Below are positions 9,232 through 17,819 of a stretch of 34,580 nucleotides of DNA, in pieces. The translations under genes were made by a program, and so were the position numbers. Every line of letters begins with the position of its first letter. Position 1 is the stretch's first letter. This DNA is from Campylobacterota bacterium (lineage in GTDB: Bacteria; Campylobacterota; Campylobacteria; Campylobacterales; Sulfurimonadaceae): NCBI GenBank assembly GCA_034717975.1, contig JAYEMF010000113.1:1-34580 (forward strand), given 5' to 3'. A model generated the notes under the pieces. That model was not told the origin of the DNA. It was given only the letters and a program-made list of their open reading frames with translations, and did no database searches.

Positions 9232-12021
9232 TTACTCCGCCGGTTCTGTCCGAAGTTTCGCTTCTGCCGCGGCGATGTAAGTCCCCTGAACAAAATCTGC
9301 TCCCAGTGAAGCAACCATATCAAAAACTGCCAGGTTTTCGACATACTCAGCAACGACTTGCATTCCTAGATCATGGGCGATGGCGATGATCGATGCGACG
9401 ATGCGCTGTTTTTGCTGATCCTGATCGATATCAACGATCAAGGTCCCATCAATTTTAATGATATCCACACCCAGGTCTGTCATATATGCATAATTCGAGT
9501 AACCGCTTCCAAAATCATCGATCGCGATCTGACAACCATGTCTTTTGAGCTGTTTGAAAAACTCTTTTACTTTCTCCAGGCCTTCCATCTCTGCAGACTC
9601 GACAAGTTCAAACATAATGCGTTCAGCTGCTGTGGAGTTATGGAGCTGTTCTATAATAAAGGCTGCCGTTTTATCATCGGTAATATCTCCTACGTCAATA
9701 TTGACAGAGAAGGAGTAGGTCGGATTTAGCTCTGCCATTGCCAGGGTGTTGAGCATCACCTGACGGGTCAGTTTCGAATATAGCCGCGCCCCTTTGGCAA
9801 CATCGATAAAAGTTGTCGGCGGATACAGCGTGCCATCTTTATCAAGCAGGCGCATCAATCCTTCAAACTTCTCTACTTCACCGGTTTTGACATTAAAGAT
9901 CGGCTGATAGTGGCAGATGATCGTCTCATTTTTAATCGCATAGTCCAGCCGTTCGACGGTAGCGAGATTCGCTTCAAGCTGAAGTGATTTATCGGCGATC
10001 TCTGCGTAAAAATAGTACGAACGCGGTCCGTTTTTCGCTGCTTTGAGTGCGATACTCGCCATCGCTATCAACGGGCGCCGTCCGTCATTGCGTGCTTCAA
10101 TGACTGCACCTATGCTTATGCGCACAATAATCTCATGAATAAAACAGCTTAGCTTAAGAGCATTGAGATGGTGAGAGAGCATGACGACATCTTCATGGAA
10201 GTTTGTCGCACTTACCCGCTTGTCCGCCAAAACCGCAAACTCATCTCCGGCCAGTCTGAAAAGCTCCAGCGAACTGTCGCCCATCATCAACTTGAGCTGC
10301 TTGCCGAGCTGGACGATCACCTCATCCCCCACACTTTCGCCATAGATGGTATTGATACGATGAAACTGGTCGATGTCGAGCAAAATCAGTTTACGATCCT
10401 CACGCTGTTTGATAATGTCATGAAAAGCAGTTCGGTTTGGCAAGCCGGTCAGATCATCCGTAAAGAGCCGGTTTTCCAGTTGGTGTTCATGATCTTTCAG
10501 TGCAGTGATATCCGACATAATTGAGATAAATTCAATGATCTCCCCTTTTCCATCGAGGATCGGAATGATCGTACTCTTCACAAAAAAGCTCTTGCCATCT
10601 TTTGCACGGTTTTCAAAGACGCCGCGGTAGACCTGTTTATCGCGGATCGTATCCCAGAGCATTTCAATTTTCAGATTACTGGTATTCTCAGAACGAAAGA
10701 TTCCGATGCTCTTACCGGTAACCTCTTCACATTTATAGCCACTCAATGCTTCATAGGCAGGATTGATGTAGGTAATAATCCCCTCAGTATCCGTTTTATT
10801 CACCAGTGCACCATTATCAACTGCACGCTTATACTCTCTCAACAGTGAGTGCTGCGCCTGCAGTTTATCGATCATCCGGTTCATAGAGTTGGAAATATGA
10901 CTAAACTCATCCCTGCCCCGGCTTGGCAGACGGGCAAGCAGATCACCCTCAGCCACCTCATTGGTCACTTCGATCAGTTCATCAATGGGACGACGTACCG
11001 AAATAAAACTGGCGATGAAGAGATAGAGCCAAACTGCTCCCGCAATCAGGAGAGTATCCATGATGATGTACTTCATCCATCTGGCCTGATTCATCCGTGC
11101 TCTGATCTCTGTTTCCAGGTAGGGCACATTCAGATTGAAAAATTCCTGCATCGCATCGCTGAGTTCGCTGCCGCGCTGATAGAAGTGATGCGGATTGCTT
11201 TGGCCCTGTTCTTCTACAATATCACGCTGAATCCAGTTATCGAAGGTGCGCAGCTGCTTGACGATGGTTTCAGTTGAGGCGCTGAGCTCTTTGTCGCGTT
11301 CAACCAGGGCCTTCATCCTCGCCATCAGCTGTACCCAGCTGATCTCAACTGCCCCGCTCAAGTCGATAATATGAGCATAAGTCACACTGTCAATCGACCC
11401 GACCTGCAACACACTGCTTCCCGAACCCCGCAGCTCGCTCACCATGGACATTATCCGCGGGAGACGATCAAAAGCACTCTCAATCCGGATAAATGTATCG
11501 ACCTCATATTCCTGAAGCAGTACGGTATGGATATTGACCTGATCCATAATGAAGATGATTGATTCGACAACGCCATTCATCTTCTCATAATAGCCGCGCG
11601 GATCATTATGTATAATGGACTGCATCGCCACATGCATATCTTGACGTGCTCTCTCAAGCAGCGGTTCGATCTGCAGGGCGTACCCCTGTTGAATCATAAC
11701 ATCATCAACCATTAAGAAACGCTCATCCAGCTTCTGCTTTAGCTGATGCGGATCACTGATCTTGCAGCCACCATGCAGACAGAGATAACCACGATCTTTG
11801 TAGTGTGTCGAGAGACGCAGAAGAGTGAAGAGGCGCTGATTGATCGCAATCCCCTGAAGTTTCTTCTCATTCTGGACGATCTCACTGTCCAGTTTCTCCG
11901 CATAGAGGTAAAAGGTACCAAAAAGCAAGATGACAACGCCAATAAAAAGCAGTGCACTTTTACCAAAATAAGAGAGTCTGGACATAATCCAGACGGCCGG
12001 GAAGAAGAGTTTTTCTATCAA
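9232..12021 (-). CDS. Membrane sensor with HAMP, PAS, GGDEF (AGDEF) and EAL domains
   Basis: Two TM helices; HAMP GDLLARLP..GRDEF; PAS ITYINPAYEALSGY; TDDLTGLPNR and RLAGDEF; YQPI..FEGLMRL, IAIDDFGSGYSN, VAEYVE. Confidence 0.93.
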   Translation of the reverse strand: MIEKLFFPAVWIMSRLSYFGKSALLFIGVVILLFGTFYLYAEKLDSEIVQNEKKLQGIAINQRLFTLLRLSTHYKDRGYLCLHGGCKISDPHQLKQKLDERFLMVDDVMIQQGYALQIEPLLERARQDMHVAMQSIIHNDPRGYYEKMNGVVESIIFIMDQVNIHTVLLQEYEVDTFIRIESAFDRLPRIMSMVSELRGSGSSVLQVGSIDSVTYAHIIDLSGAVEISWVQLMARMKALVERDKELSASTETIVKQLRTFDNWIQRDIVEEQGQSNPHHFYQRGSELSDAMQEFFNLNVPYLETEIRARMNQARWMKYIIMDTLLIAGAVWLYLFIASFISVRRPIDELIEVTNEVAEGDLLARLPSRGRDEFSHISNSMNRMIDKLQAQHSLLREYKRAVDNGALVNKTDTEGIITYINPAYEALSGYKCEEVTGKSIGIFRSENTSNLKIEMLWDTIRDKQVYRGVFENRAKDGKSFFVKSTIIPILDGKGEIIEFISIMSDITALKDHEHQLENRLFTDDLTGLPNRTAFHDIIKQREDRKLILLDIDQFHRINTIYGESVGDEVIVQLGKQLKLMMGDSSLELFRLAGDEFAVLADKRVSATNFHEDVVMLSHHLNALKLSCFIHEIIVRISIGAVIEARNDGRRPLIAMASIALKAAKNGPRSYYFYAEIADKSLQLEANLATVERLDYAIKNETIICHYQPIFNVKTGEVEKFEGLMRLLDKDGTLYPPTTFIDVAKGARLYSKLTRQVMLNTLAMAELNPTYSFSVNIDVGDITDDKTAAFIIEQLHNSTAAERIMFELVESAEMEGLEKVKEFFKQLKRHGCQIAIDDFGSGYSNYAYMTDLGVDIIKIDGTLIVDIDQDQQKQRIVASIIAIAHDLGMQVVAEYVENLAVFDMVASLGADFVQGTYIAAAEAKLRTEPAE

Positions 12022-12025
12022 AAAA

Positions 12026-12406
12026 TTACTTTTTCGTGACGATGTAAAGCTGCTCGTGATTCAGCTTTTTAAGGATATCCATCACCGTGACAAAGTCCTG
12101 GAAGGTGGCTTCCTTGTCACTGCGAAGAACGACAGTCTGATCACGATCGATCCCACTGAGTTTTTGCTCCAACTCCTCCGCTGTGACCGGCTCTTTATCA
12201 AGAAAAAGTTTCCCCTCCTTGGTGACATTGATACTCACCTCTTTTTTATCCTCCTGCTTTTGCGACTCTGTCGCATCAGGAAGATCAACCGGGATGATCC
12301 CCTGTTTGACAAAGGTCGCCGTCGTCAGAACCATGACCAGCAGTACCAGCATAATGTCAATAAAGGGGATGACATTGATCTGATCAAATTTTTTCAGTTT
12401 TTTCAT
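12026..12406 (-). CDS. exbD: Biopolymer transport protein ExbD
   Basis: INVIPFIDIMLVLL TM motif; VVLRSDKEATFQDFVTVMDILK. Confidence 0.93.
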   Translation of the reverse strand: MKKLKKFDQINVIPFIDIMLVLLVMVLTTATFVKQGIIPVDLPDATESQKQEDKKEVSINVTKEGKLFLDKEPVTAEELEQKLSGIDRDQTVVLRSDKEATFQDFVTVMDILKKLNHEQLYIVTKK

Positions 12407-12478
12407 AAATGATTATCCATTTTAAGTGATTTTACTCACATCGAACATGCCTCCGAGCATCTTCTTTGGCGAGATATC

Positions 12479-12931
12479 CTAGCTGGTTTCGTTGCGGGCA
12501 TCTTCCCATACAGTTACGATACGTTCTGCCTTACGCAACAAGATCGTGTAGAAGGCGATCGAAGGGATAGCGACGATCAGGCCCATCGCTGTCGCTTTGA
12601 GAGCAAGGGCAAGACCGGTCATAATGCGTTTCGGATCAACCGCGCCCACATCTCCAAGGGTATAGAAGGTGATCATGATCCCCAGAACCGTTCCGAGCAG
12701 ACCCACGTATGGTGCATTCGCACCGATAGCCGAGATCACGGAGAGGTTGTCGCTCAGATCAAATTCAAGCAGCTCTTTATTGGTGTAATCACTGTGACGG
12801 ATAGAACGGTAAAACATCAGGCGCTCGATGAAAAGCCATAACGAGACGATGCTCATAATGATCAAGATCCCCATAACGCCATAATCAAGCGCCTCTTCTG
12901 CATAAAGCATCCACGAACTGCTGTTTTCCAT
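12479..12931 (-). CDS. exbB: Biopolymer transport protein ExbB
   Basis: IGANAPYVGLLGTVLGIMITF and ALKATAMGLIVAIP (MotA/TolQ/ExbB channel). Confidence 0.93.
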   Translation of the reverse strand: MENSSSWMLYAEEALDYGVMGILIIMSIVSLWLFIERLMFYRSIRHSDYTNKELLEFDLSDNLSVISAIGANAPYVGLLGTVLGIMITFYTLGDVGAVDPKRIMTGLALALKATAMGLIVAIPSIAFYTILLRKAERIVTVWEDARNETS

Positions 12932-13768
12932 CTAACTCACCCCTTTAAAATCTAAAATCATTGTCGTACCCTCGCCCTTTTTAGAGCGTACATGCAGTTT
13001 GATCTTCTGCTTGTCACAGAAACTTTTGACCAGACCCAGGCCAATGCCGTAACCCGGCATCGTCGCATCGCTTTGGTAGTAACGGTCAAAGATCTGGAAA
13101 AGCTCCACTTCATCCATCCCGACACCGTGGTCCCGGACTTCCAAAACACTCTTATGCAGCTCTATCTCGATCTTCCCTGTGGCACTGGAGTACTTCACGG
13201 CATTGTCAATCAGATTATCGATCACTTTTCGTAAACCAATTCTATCCATATTTAACCTTGTCGGCTCTAAATCAACAGAGAATTCAAGCTGTGCATAGAG
13301 TGGTTGTAAAAAAAGGAGCCTTTCCTCGATCAGTTCGGAAAGATCAAATGACTCAACGACTTCACGCTGCATCTGGGTTCGGATGAGATAATCCAGCTCG
13401 GCATAGCGCTCCTGCAGCATCTTCGAAGCGGCTTCGATCCGCTCGATCCGCTTGAGGTCTTTCTCATCATCGGCGTGCTTCTTTTTGAGCATCTTTGTAT
13501 TGGTCAAAATCGTATTGACCGGCAGATTCAACTCATGAAGGGTCTCTTTGGAGAAGCGTTCAAGATGATCAAAATGTTCCTGCAGCGGTTCGATCGCCAT
13601 CTTGGCAATAATAAATCCGAGAAAGACCGTCATGACTATCGCACCAAGCAGAAGCAGATAGATATTTTCTATATTGAACAGGGTGATAGCATAGTAGTGC
13701 ACCACGACTATCGACAACACCGTGACCACATAAAAGGTCAGGATCGTCAGCTTGAAGTTACGTAACAA
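12932..13768 (-). CDS. Sensor histidine kinase with very short sensor region
   Basis: H-box LHELNLP, NLIDNAVKYS, DHGVGM, GYGIGLGLV; overlaps the upstream response regulator. Confidence 0.92.
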   Translation of the reverse strand: MLRNFKLTILTFYVVTVLSIVVVHYYAITLFNIENIYLLLLGAIVMTVFLGFIIAKMAIEPLQEHFDHLERFSKETLHELNLPVNTILTNTKMLKKKHADDEKDLKRIERIEAASKMLQERYAELDYLIRTQMQREVVESFDLSELIEERLLFLQPLYAQLEFSVDLEPTRLNMDRIGLRKVIDNLIDNAVKYSSATGKIEIELHKSVLEVRDHGVGMDEVELFQIFDRYYQSDATMPGYGIGLGLVKSFCDKQKIKLHVRSKKGEGTTMILDFKGVS

Positions 13769-14414
13769 GCCTGTACCCTATCCCACGGATATTTTCGATA
13801 TGCTCAGCGCCCAGTTCACTTTTAAGCCGGTTGATATAAACCCGTACCGCCCCGTCACTCACCTCTTCCGAAACACTCCACAATGTCGTGATGATCATCT
13901 CTTTCGTCACCACACTGCCGGCATTTTTCATCAGCAGTGCCAACAGCTGATACTCTTTAAGCGTGAGATTAAGCAGCTCACCGCTGCGGGTAATCGACTT
14001 ATGCGCTTCATCAAGGCAGAGTTCGCCGATACACTTTGTCGCCTTCCCTTTGGTGCGACGCAGCAGAGCGGAAATACGCAGAAGCAGTTCATCCATATCG
14101 ACCGGTTTTTTGAGATAATCGTCCGCACCGTTTTCAAACCCTTCCGTCATCGTCTCTTTATCCTGATGGGAGGTCAGATAGATAGCCGGTGTCTGATCAT
14201 CGGCGCGCCGAAGATCTCCGAGCAGTTCCAGACCGTTGACCAGCGGGACATTGATATCGAGCAGATAGAGATCAAACTGCGCCTCGTAGGTTCGTTCAAG
14301 TGCTTCCTGTCCATTACGGCACAAGGTGATGGCATACCCCTCTTCTTCGAGAAAGTCCTGCAGGCTCTCACCAAAGAGGAGATCATCTTCAAGCAGTAAA
14401 ATCTTTGCACTCAT
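13758..14414 (-). CDS. OmpR-family response regulator
   Basis: ILLLEDD, LLDINVP, GADDYLKKP; winged helix VRVYINRLK...NIRGIGYRL. Confidence 0.95.
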   Translation of the reverse strand: MSAKILLLEDDLLFGESLQDFLEEEGYAITLCRNGQEALERTYEAQFDLYLLDINVPLVNGLELLGDLRRADDQTPAIYLTSHQDKETMTEGFENGADDYLKKPVDMDELLLRISALLRRTKGKATKCIGELCLDEAHKSITRSGELLNLTLKEYQLLALLMKNAGSVVTKEMIITTLWSVSEEVSDGAVRVYINRLKSELGAEHIENIRGIGYRLVT

Positions 14415-14446
14415 AATTTACTTCTACCCTTCACTATTCATCACTC

Positions 14447-14473
14447 CGTCACTCCTGCGAAGGCAGGAGTCTA
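14447..14473. repeat. CGTC-tagged REP-like palindrome
   Basis: CGTC-ACTCCTGC-GAAG-GCAGGAGT-CTA: perfect 8-bp stem with a GAAG loop, between pyrC and the regulator. Confidence 0.6.
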
Positions 14474-14522
14474 AATCATGGACCCTATATCCCTATGAGA
14501 CCACTACTTTTTACTACTCACC

Positions 14523-15581
14523 CTATTCAACATTTTCAATCGACCAGCCAATCGTCTCCTCAGCAAACATCGGTACGACATCACCATACTTGGCCGGTAC
14601 TTTGAAAGGCGTATCGGTCAAGACCACCTCTTTAAACTCCGGACAGATCCCGTAGATGCTCTGGGCATTGTCACTGACAAAAGATTGAAGGTTGTCGAGT
14701 TTGCCATGCTTGTCGAAGAGCTCACAGAGTGACTGCAGCGCGATCGGTGCGGTAAAGACACCTGCCGCACATCCGCAAGCCTCTTTTTTATGCTGAGGGT
14801 GCGGTGCCGAATCAGAACCGAACATCACTTTCGGATGCGCTTCGAGTGCCACAGAGAGCAGGGCGTCGCGATCTTCCGGACGCTTGGCGATCGGTTTACA
14901 GAACAGATGCGGCTTCAGCATCCCACCGGCTACGTCATCGAGATCGATCAGCAGGTGATGCAGGGTGATCGTCGCATAAAGATTTGGGTGTCTGTCCAGC
15001 ATATCGACTGCCGCTTTGGTCGTGATATGTTCCATAATGATCTTAAGCTCCGGGAAGTTCACAGCCAGCATCTCATAGATACTCATAAACTCCGCTTCAC
15101 GGTCCATCACAAAGCCGTCTGTTTCACCATGCACACACAGCGGGATCTCAAGCTCGCTCATCGCTTCAAGCGTCGGACGCATTGCATCCAGATCAAATGA
15201 CTTCACCCCGCCTTCGGAGTTGGTCGTGATCCCTGCCGGATAGAGCTTGACAGCAATGATCTCATCGGCCACATCCGCTAAAAATTCTCTGTCGTAGTTT
15301 TGGTAGAAGAGCGTCATGAAGGGTTCAAAATCACCGCCGAGCCCCTCATCTTCCATAAACTCATCTATCTCATCATCATGAATATTCTGACCGCATGCAT
15401 TCAGAACACGATGCCTATAGGCAAGCAAAGCCTCTTTATCGGTAACCGGCGGCACAAGATTTGGCATGATGACTGCACCTGAAAAAGTGTATGAGGTCAA
15501 AGGCCCTACGGTTTCCAGCATTGCGCCATCACGAAGATGGAGGTGCATATCAAGTGGCATTAAAAGTGTTTGAGTTTTCAT
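14523..15581 (-). CDS. pyrC: Dihydroorotase (homodimeric type)
   Basis: [41 protein letters not shown]. Confidence 0.97.
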   Translation of the reverse strand: MKTQTLLMPLDMHLHLRDGAMLETVGPLTSYTFSGAVIMPNLVPPVTDKEALLAYRHRVLNACGQNIHDDEIDEFMEDEGLGGDFEPFMTLFYQNYDREFLADVADEIIAVKLYPAGITTNSEGGVKSFDLDAMRPTLEAMSELEIPLCVHGETDGFVMDREAEFMSIYEMLAVNFPELKIIMEHITTKAAVDMLDRHPNLYATITLHHLLIDLDDVAGGMLKPHLFCKPIAKRPEDRDALLSVALEAHPKVMFGSDSAPHPQHKKEACGCAAGVFTAPIALQSLCELFDKHGKLDNLQSFVSDNAQSIYGICPEFKEVVLTDTPFKVPAKYGDVVPMFAEETIGWSIENVE

Positions 15582-15584
15582 CGT

Positions 15585-16955
15585 TTATCCTTGTAAATTT
15601 TGCTTCGCCTGTGTGATCAGGTCGTTAAGTACTTTCTCATAATGTTTGGCTTCAGCCTCATCGGTCGACTCGAAACGGGTCACCAGTACCGGAGTCGTGT
15701 TACTGGCACGGACGAGTCCCCACCCTTTCTCAAAGATGACACGCACGCCATCGACATCTATGATCTCTTTGATCACCGGGAAATCCTCTGGCGGATTTTC
15801 AAGCAGACGTTTCAGCTCATCGATCAGCGGAAATTTTTCGGTTTCGGTTGTTTCCACCTTGATCTCTTCGGTCGAGAAAGTCTGCGGCAGTTTTGCCAGT
15901 TCGGCATCGAGGTCGATCCCGTCATTGACCAGTTCGAGCATCCGCAGCGTACCGTAGATGGCGTCGTCATACCCGAAGTAGCGGTCATTGAAAAAGACAT
16001 GGCCGCTCACCTCGCAGGCAAGGTCCGCATCCAGCTCTTTCATCTTCACTTTGATGTTGGAGTGGCCGGTCTTGTACATCACCGCTTTGGCACCGCGGCG
16101 TTCGAGCTCATCGTACATCACCTGCGAGCACTTCACTTCACCGATGACTGTCGGGTTTGTCATCTCCATCGAGTAGAGCAGCGCCATCTGGTCGCCCTTG
16201 ATGTTGTTCGCATGGGTCAGTACGGCGATACGGTCGGCATCACCATCGTAAGCAAAGGCGATATCTCCTTCTTTGGCTAACAGTGCTTTGACGTCGGCAA
16301 GGTTTTCTTCGACAGAGGGATCGGGGTGATGGTTTGGAAAAGTGCCGTCCGGTTCAATGTAGATGCCCTTGGTGTTTAATCCAAGTCCGCCGAAGATCTT
16401 CTCGGTCACTATTCCCGCTACACCGTTACCGCAGTCATAGACAATACGCTCTTTCATCCCTTTAAGATGTGAAAATGCATTTAACATGTACTCAACATAA
16501 CGTCCGACAGCATCGATTTCCGTCACATCACGTTCAACCGTGTCAGGCATCCCCATTGACTCGACCTCATCACCGAGGGTGTAAATATCCTGGGCAAAAA
16601 ACGGTGCTCTGTCGACGGTGATCTTGAAGCCGTTGTATTCGCTTGGGTTGTGCGAACCGGTGATCATCACTGAAGCCGAAGCCGTAATACCGTTAAACTC
16701 CTGATAGTTACAGAAGTAGTTCACCGGTGTCGGCACGACTCCCATGCCAAGCACTTTCAAACCACCGGCATTGAGACCCGCCACCAGGTATTTAAACAGT
16801 ATAGGCGAATGCGTTCTGGCATCATACCCCACCGCAATGACATCACCAATCGGCTTGATACGCTTTGCCAGCGCATAACCGATCTTCGTTACTGTCTCTC
16901 TGTTTAACTCTTTTTCATAAATACCGCGAATGTCATACTCTCTGAAAATGCTCAA
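15585..16955 (-). CDS. Phosphomannomutase/phosphoglucomutase (AlgC-like)
   Basis: IFREYDIRG, ITGSHNP, YDGDADR, GWGLVRASNT. Start placed at TTG 16955 because AAAGG lies 6 nt upstream. Confidence 0.95.
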   Translation of the reverse strand: MSIFREYDIRGIYEKELNRETVTKIGYALAKRIKPIGDVIAVGYDARTHSPILFKYLVAGLNAGGLKVLGMGVVPTPVNYFCNYQEFNGITASASVMITGSHNPSEYNGFKITVDRAPFFAQDIYTLGDEVESMGMPDTVERDVTEIDAVGRYVEYMLNAFSHLKGMKERIVYDCGNGVAGIVTEKIFGGLGLNTKGIYIEPDGTFPNHHPDPSVEENLADVKALLAKEGDIAFAYDGDADRIAVLTHANNIKGDQMALLYSMEMTNPTVIGEVKCSQVMYDELERRGAKAVMYKTGHSNIKVKMKELDADLACEVSGHVFFNDRYFGYDDAIYGTLRMLELVNDGIDLDAELAKLPQTFSTEEIKVETTETEKFPLIDELKRLLENPPEDFPVIKEIIDVDGVRVIFEKGWGLVRASNTTPVLVTRFESTDEAEAKHYEKVLNDLITQAKQNLQG

Positions 16956-16980
16956 TATTTGCCTTTGAATCAATTGAGAA

Positions 16981-16988
16981 ATTATACA
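16981..16988 (-). promoter_or_regulatory. Sigma70 -10 box for the pmm/pgm-pyrC operon
   Basis: Minus strand TGTATAAT about 25 nt upstream of the start codon. Confidence 0.55.
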
Positions 16989-17040
16989 GTTTAGGCTCTA
17001 AAAATGGTGTTAAATCCAATCTCCAGCTACTCCACACCCA

Positions 17041-17068
17041 TTCCCTCTTCCCTCCTCCCTCTTCCCTC
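17041..17068. repeat. 7-bp tandem repeat (TTCCCTC)x4
   Basis: ttccctc ttccctc ctccctc ttccctc in the divergent intergenic region. Confidence 0.8.
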
Positions 17069-17153
17069 TTTTATGGCATTTTGTCATATTATTGTGATTA
17101 AATATCACTATTCCCCTATACTTATCACATAAATTAGATTTAGGAGTTTGATT

Positions 17154-17819
17154 ATGTTTCAAAGTATGAGTGAGATTGCAGAAGCATACGACGTATCCGC
17201 GAAGGCAGTCGGGCAAGCCCTTTATGTGCTTGGTATTCGAAACCCGGAGCATCCTGTTCAAAAAGGTTTCCCACATGAGCAATACATCACCCACGGCATT
17301 GCCCAGCCCATGGAAAATAAACAGGGAGAAATCCGCTATTACCACTACAATATCGAAACACTCAAAGATGAGTTTGAAAAAGTGCTTGCAGGCAGACAAA
17401 AGGCGAATGTTAAACATAGAGAAAAGCGTGACAGCGGGCATATTTTACAGGAGGGACTTACGAAAATAGAAGCGCTTCTCTCGAGCTTACCCAATCAGGA
17501 GAAGCAGCCCGTAGTCAAGCTAATCAGAGAAGAGCTCGCCACGTTGCAGTCCCATCTCATCAACACCGATATCAACCTTGCCCTGCCGCTTGACGAAAAA
17601 GCGAAAGCCTTGCTGGAGAAGCTGAAACAGTGGAGAAAAGAGGAAGCAGTCGAACAGGACAAACCAGCCTTTACCATCCTCGGCAATGCTGTTCTCCATT
17701 ACCTGGCCTATTATCAGCCGCATGATGAGGAGGAGCTGCTCGGCATCAAAGGGATCGGTGAGAAAAAAGCGGCGCTTTACGGCAAAGCAGTTTTAAAGAT
17801 CATTCACCAAGCTTCGTAA
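17154..17819 (+). CDS. HRDC-domain protein with N-terminal HTH-like region
   Basis: AGGAG RBS before ATG 17154; C-terminal LEKLKQWRKEEA...PAFTILGN...LLGIKGIGEKKAALYG is an HRDC signature. Confidence 0.85.
   Translation: MFQSMSEIAEAYDVSAKAVGQALYVLGIRNPEHPVQKGFPHEQYITHGIAQPMENKQGEIRYYHYNIETLKDEFEKVLAGRQKANVKHREKRDSGHILQEGLTKIEALLSSLPNQEKQPVVKLIREELATLQSHLINTDINLALPLDEKAKALLEKLKQWRKEEAVEQDKPAFTILGNAVLHYLAYYQPHDEEELLGIKGIGEKKAALYGKAVLKIIHQAS

Noticed and set aside
12420..12481. Possible TAG readthrough of exbB (frame stays open 18 more codons)
   Set aside because: ExbB is already complete for this short type; a short open extension is expected by chance.
17010..17441. 143-aa minus-strand ORF
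   Set aside because: Overlaps the HRDC gene antisense, and its tail is the translated heptamer repeat (KREEGRG).
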